This document shows positions 60,233 through 64,000 of a stretch of DNA of 64,000 bases, one piece after another; the stretch's first letter is position 1; the number at the start of each line of letters is the position of its first letter. The notes beneath the pieces are model-generated. The model saw only the letters and a program-made list of their open reading frames with translations. It did not search any database and was not told where the DNA came from. Source of the DNA: Azolla caroliniana (Eukaryota > Plantae > Polypodiophyta). The position numbers and the translations under genes are program-made. The stretch spans positions 12,338,001 through 12,402,000 of the forward strand of contig JBHGNT010000016.1 in assembly GCA_043228905.1 (NCBI GenBank), given 5' to 3'.

Positions 60233-62389
60233 ATGAGAAGAGAATTAAATTGATGTTCTACATTGTCATGTTGTTCCATGCAATTTCATGTAAAAATTTA
60301 GTTCTACTTACTTGTTTTGGTTTGTAATGCATGAAGTTCGATTTATTTTCGTAGGAACTATAGTTCTTAATACAAGCTTAATTATGCCAAGGTAGAATGG
60401 CATGTGGAACAATTTCAATGTCATATATTGTATTTATATTATTACATATGCGAATTTTGGAATTGGCAAGATACAAATGTGGAATAAAGAGCACAAACTA
60501 AAGAACAAAAAGGAGATGTAGATAAAATATAGAATGTCAAATGTAGTATATGCTTTCATGTCCTTGGGTGACTATAAGTGTAAGAATGAGAAAGGGAAGA
60601 TATATTCACATGATGCATAAGAGTGGTATAAAATGCTAGAATTGTAAAAAGACTTTAAAATATCAATGTTGACCTCTAAATTATGATGAATGCAACATAC
60701 AACAAATTTACCATTGTTTCTCATTAAATCGAAAGCAGACAAAATTGCAAGTTGGATTGAAAAACTAATTGCATTTACTCATTGAGAAAAACTAAGTCAT
60801 TGCTCCAATTTTACTCCCTTAGAAAAAATAACTGCCAGCTTAGGATTCAATAAGCATGTGTGCGGGGTTTGCTCCTTTGGGCCAAACATGGAAGACATAG
60901 TGGCACCGACATCATGCAAAGCAACATTGTTTATTCATAAGTTTGTTTGGTTTTTGTGAGCACATAAAATCTCAAGTTTTCCATGGTGGGCATGGTTTTC
61001 CATTAGTATCCACACATGTGGGCTTACGTGCATTTTTTTCCATATCATTTCCATGATAGGTGTGCATGATATAGTAGTTGTGTATATTGTATGTGTATCT
61101 TTTCTAGGGTGGATGCTAATTTGTGTTCCTCAAGTCACCACAATAGGTGCTAAACTACAAAAAGGCATCATTATGTGTAAAATTTTAAGGAATGGCTAGA
61201 AAATAGACATATGGTCTATGCCGCATGACCAACTATAATATTGTGGAATTGCTGCCACGTCGAGGCATTTGGCTCAAAAGTATATAGCGTGTTATGTGTT
61301 ACACTAAACTACTAGAGATTGACTAATATTGCAAATAGTGTCCCTTTTTATGTTCACAATATACTTTAAAGTATAAATTTATATATGAATTTATTTTTAT
61401 ATGGTGCTGTTTTATTCTCTAGTCAGTTTGTATTGTCGCATTGTTAAATCAAGTTGTATTGCCTCATATAAACACCAATAATGTATGACTAATGACAAGA
61501 CCCAATCTCTTGAACGTTGTAATCACTATAAATAAAAGTGGTTTGTAATGTTTTTGAGAGTTGATTTGACTTTGCAAATAAAATCATCATGGTGATGAAC
61601 ATTCACGAATCACATCTGCCCCTGCTTGCATCGTTTGATTTATACTTTTCTCGAAACATCTAATACATGCACATCATCCTCATAGCAACTCAACTTTTGA
61701 CTATTAAATCTTCTTCAGCCATGGGGAATCCATAAAAAATGAGGTGACATTCCCTAAGTTGTATATCCAATAGAATACAACTCACAACAACATAGCTGAA
61801 TACAAGTTATGTTGTAACTTGTAATTATATAACATAATGTTTAAAGTCATCATAGTTTTAATGTTGCAAGAGGTAGTTCACCAATTTTGAGACACATCGT
61901 CATTATACAAGTCCATACTGAATGCCATAAAGTTTCAATTTCCTTGGGGACAAAACAGATTTAGCATGATGGGAACCCTTTCTTACACACGAACTTTTTT
62001 GGTGAATTAGATACATCAAACTTTTAATATGCTAGATAGGGGGTGGCTCAAAATGTCATTGGTCGTGCAAACAAAAGTAGGAAAATTCTTAACAATAGAG
62101 TAAACTAAAAGCAAAAGTTAATCTAAAGTAAAGTAAAATAAAGCCTAATAAAGTAAATAGAAGGAAATCTTTTCTTGAATTGCAACGGGTTTTAAGGGTT
62201 CTCAAGGATATAGAGCTTGTATAGAGCGCCTAAACATGAGAAATAGAGATTGCTCAATGAGGTTTATGAAGGTATATATCAAGTGGCAATATGCGGAAAA
62301 TGATGTTGGTAGAAAAGTAAGGTAAAGTGGGCTATACTTGAAATTTGTGTAGAAGGATGCACTTTTCCTCCTCCCGAAGCGATTCAACA

Positions 62390-63591
62390 AATGTCAGATA
62401 TTGGGCCAATCAATTGAGTGGGGGTCACTATAGCCAATACATAATTAGGGAATGGACTTTGTGAGGTTATTCAATCATCTAGGGGCCCGAACTTACGGTG
62501 GATACACTAGGAATTTAAAACCATAACTTTGTGAGATGCTACGAGCACAACCATAACTTATCCTTTGGTAGTTTACATTAATTGGTAATGGAAAGAAAGG
62601 AGGATTACTTTTAATATTAGGGATTAAGACAACTCTTAAAGGACAAGTATGAACTTGTTTAGGGCGATCATGATGAATAATATCAACAATGCTCGAATCT
62701 AGTAGAGTATCAATGACTGTGGTTGGTTGAAGTTGTGTAGGACCTAGGATTACCTAATTTTGATTATCGAAGGCCGGATCACCAAGACTACATGCTAGAT
62801 TCGAATGTCGTGATAATGCATCTTCTTTCCCTTGTTGCTTACAAAGACAAAATGTAATCGTGAAATGGAAATACGTAAAAAATTGTGCCATCGAGCTTGT
62901 CGTATCTTTAGGACATGAGCATTTCGGAAATAGGTGAGGTTTTTGTGATCGTTGAATACAATTATTTGATGGGGAGAGCTTTCCAAAAAATGGACCCATT
63001 GTGCAAAGGAATCAACCATCCTTGTCATGTACCTATTTGTTGATCTTGGAAGTATCAAATTTGCACAAATGGAAGGCCACTGGGTGTCGCTGCCCAACAT
63101 CACTTTGTTGTGACAAAATGCTACCAAGTGCAAAATCTGATGCATCTGCTTTAATGATAAATGGATTTTGCGGATCGACATGAGCTAGAATAGGAGCGGA
63201 TGTAAATAGCTTCTTGAGATCCAAAAAAGCATTATCTACAACATCAATCCAAACAAATAATTGATTTTTCTTTGTTATTTGTGTGAGAGGCAAAATTAAT
63301 TTTGAGTAGTCCTATTTGAACTTGCGATAGAAATTTGCAAATCCTAGAAGACATTGCATATCTCACATAGAAAACATTGCATATCTCACATAGATTATGG
63401 AGTCTGCCACTCCAACATTGTTTGGACTTTCTTTGAATCCATAGAGATTCCTTCAAGGGAGATGATCTAGCCTAAGAATTCCACCTATTTGACGAACATG
63501 AGAATCATGCTCGTCTTGTGTTTTTGAATAAATCAATAGATCATCCAAATACATGACTAGAAAGATGTCCAAGAGATCTTGAAATGCAATA
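62390..63591 (-). mobile_element. Degenerate chromovirus/Tcn1-like Gypsy RT-RNase H relic
   Basis: Minus-strand peptides FLVMYLDDLL, FTSAPILAHVDPQNPFIIKADASDFALGSILSQ, HPVAF and DHKNLTYF...RQARW, with many frameshifts. Confidence 0.8.
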
Positions 63592-64000
63592 TGTTAGATG
63601 AAGGACCTACAAGGTAAGATGTGTACAACAAACAACAGAGATATGCAATAAGAAGAATAAGGAAGGTAGAAGATAGGCACAAAGTTCTCTCTTATTCTCT
63701 TCTCTATTACTCTTTTCACTTGAAGATCTTCTTTACAATGTTAGATTTGAGATTAAATACTCAAGCCCTAACTAGATAATGTGTTCACACTAAGGATACA
63801 AAGTGGGAGGAGTTGGCCTTTTATGCCAACAAACTCCCCCGTAAAAGGGCTAGTCTTTCCTATGTATACAAATATTTTGGGGTTATCTCCCCCGTGAACC
63901 TAGATTACAAATCTAATCTATAGTAGCAAGTATACATACAAGACTGTTGACATTCGATCGAACCAGTAGAGTTAAGGTTGGTGTCTAGCCTAATTCGGTT
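63592..64000. mobile_element. Probable start of another LTR (truncated by the window end)
   Basis: Abrupt TGTTAG start interrupting the Gypsy RT relic, and LTR-like composition. No partner LTR is visible. Confidence 0.4.

Overview
Eukaryotic land-plant genomic DNA, probably a seed-free vascular plant such as a fern (inferred from the transposon lineages present). The first ~51 kb is a nested retrotransposon cluster whose insertion order can be rebuilt from LTR pairs and target-site duplications (TSDs). On the left, a degenerate Gypsy element contains Copia-A (1373-7610), which contains a hAT MITE. A Copia integrase relic, an RT-deleted LINE and a 5'-truncated Copia-B follow. A minus-strand Copia-D (~17400-49936) carries an RTE/RTEX-like LINE in its 3' LTR, Copia-G (42106-47178) and Gypsy-E (21497-41726); Gypsy-E in turn carries a ~1 kb AT-rich insert and the near-intact Gypsy-F (32205-41277). 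The last 13 kb is AT-rich and holds one clear host gene, a three-exon double-B-box zinc-finger (group IV BBX) gene at 58069-60232, plus a Mutator-type MITE, SINE-like relics and a chromovirus-like Gypsy relic. The most striking observation is that neither Gypsy-E nor Gypsy-F has a polypurine tract. Each instead carries, 2 nt upstream of the 3' LTR, a conserved sense-orientation copy of a tRNA 3' end including CCA. This is a second primer-binding site on the opposite strand and suggests tRNA-primed plus-strand synthesis.
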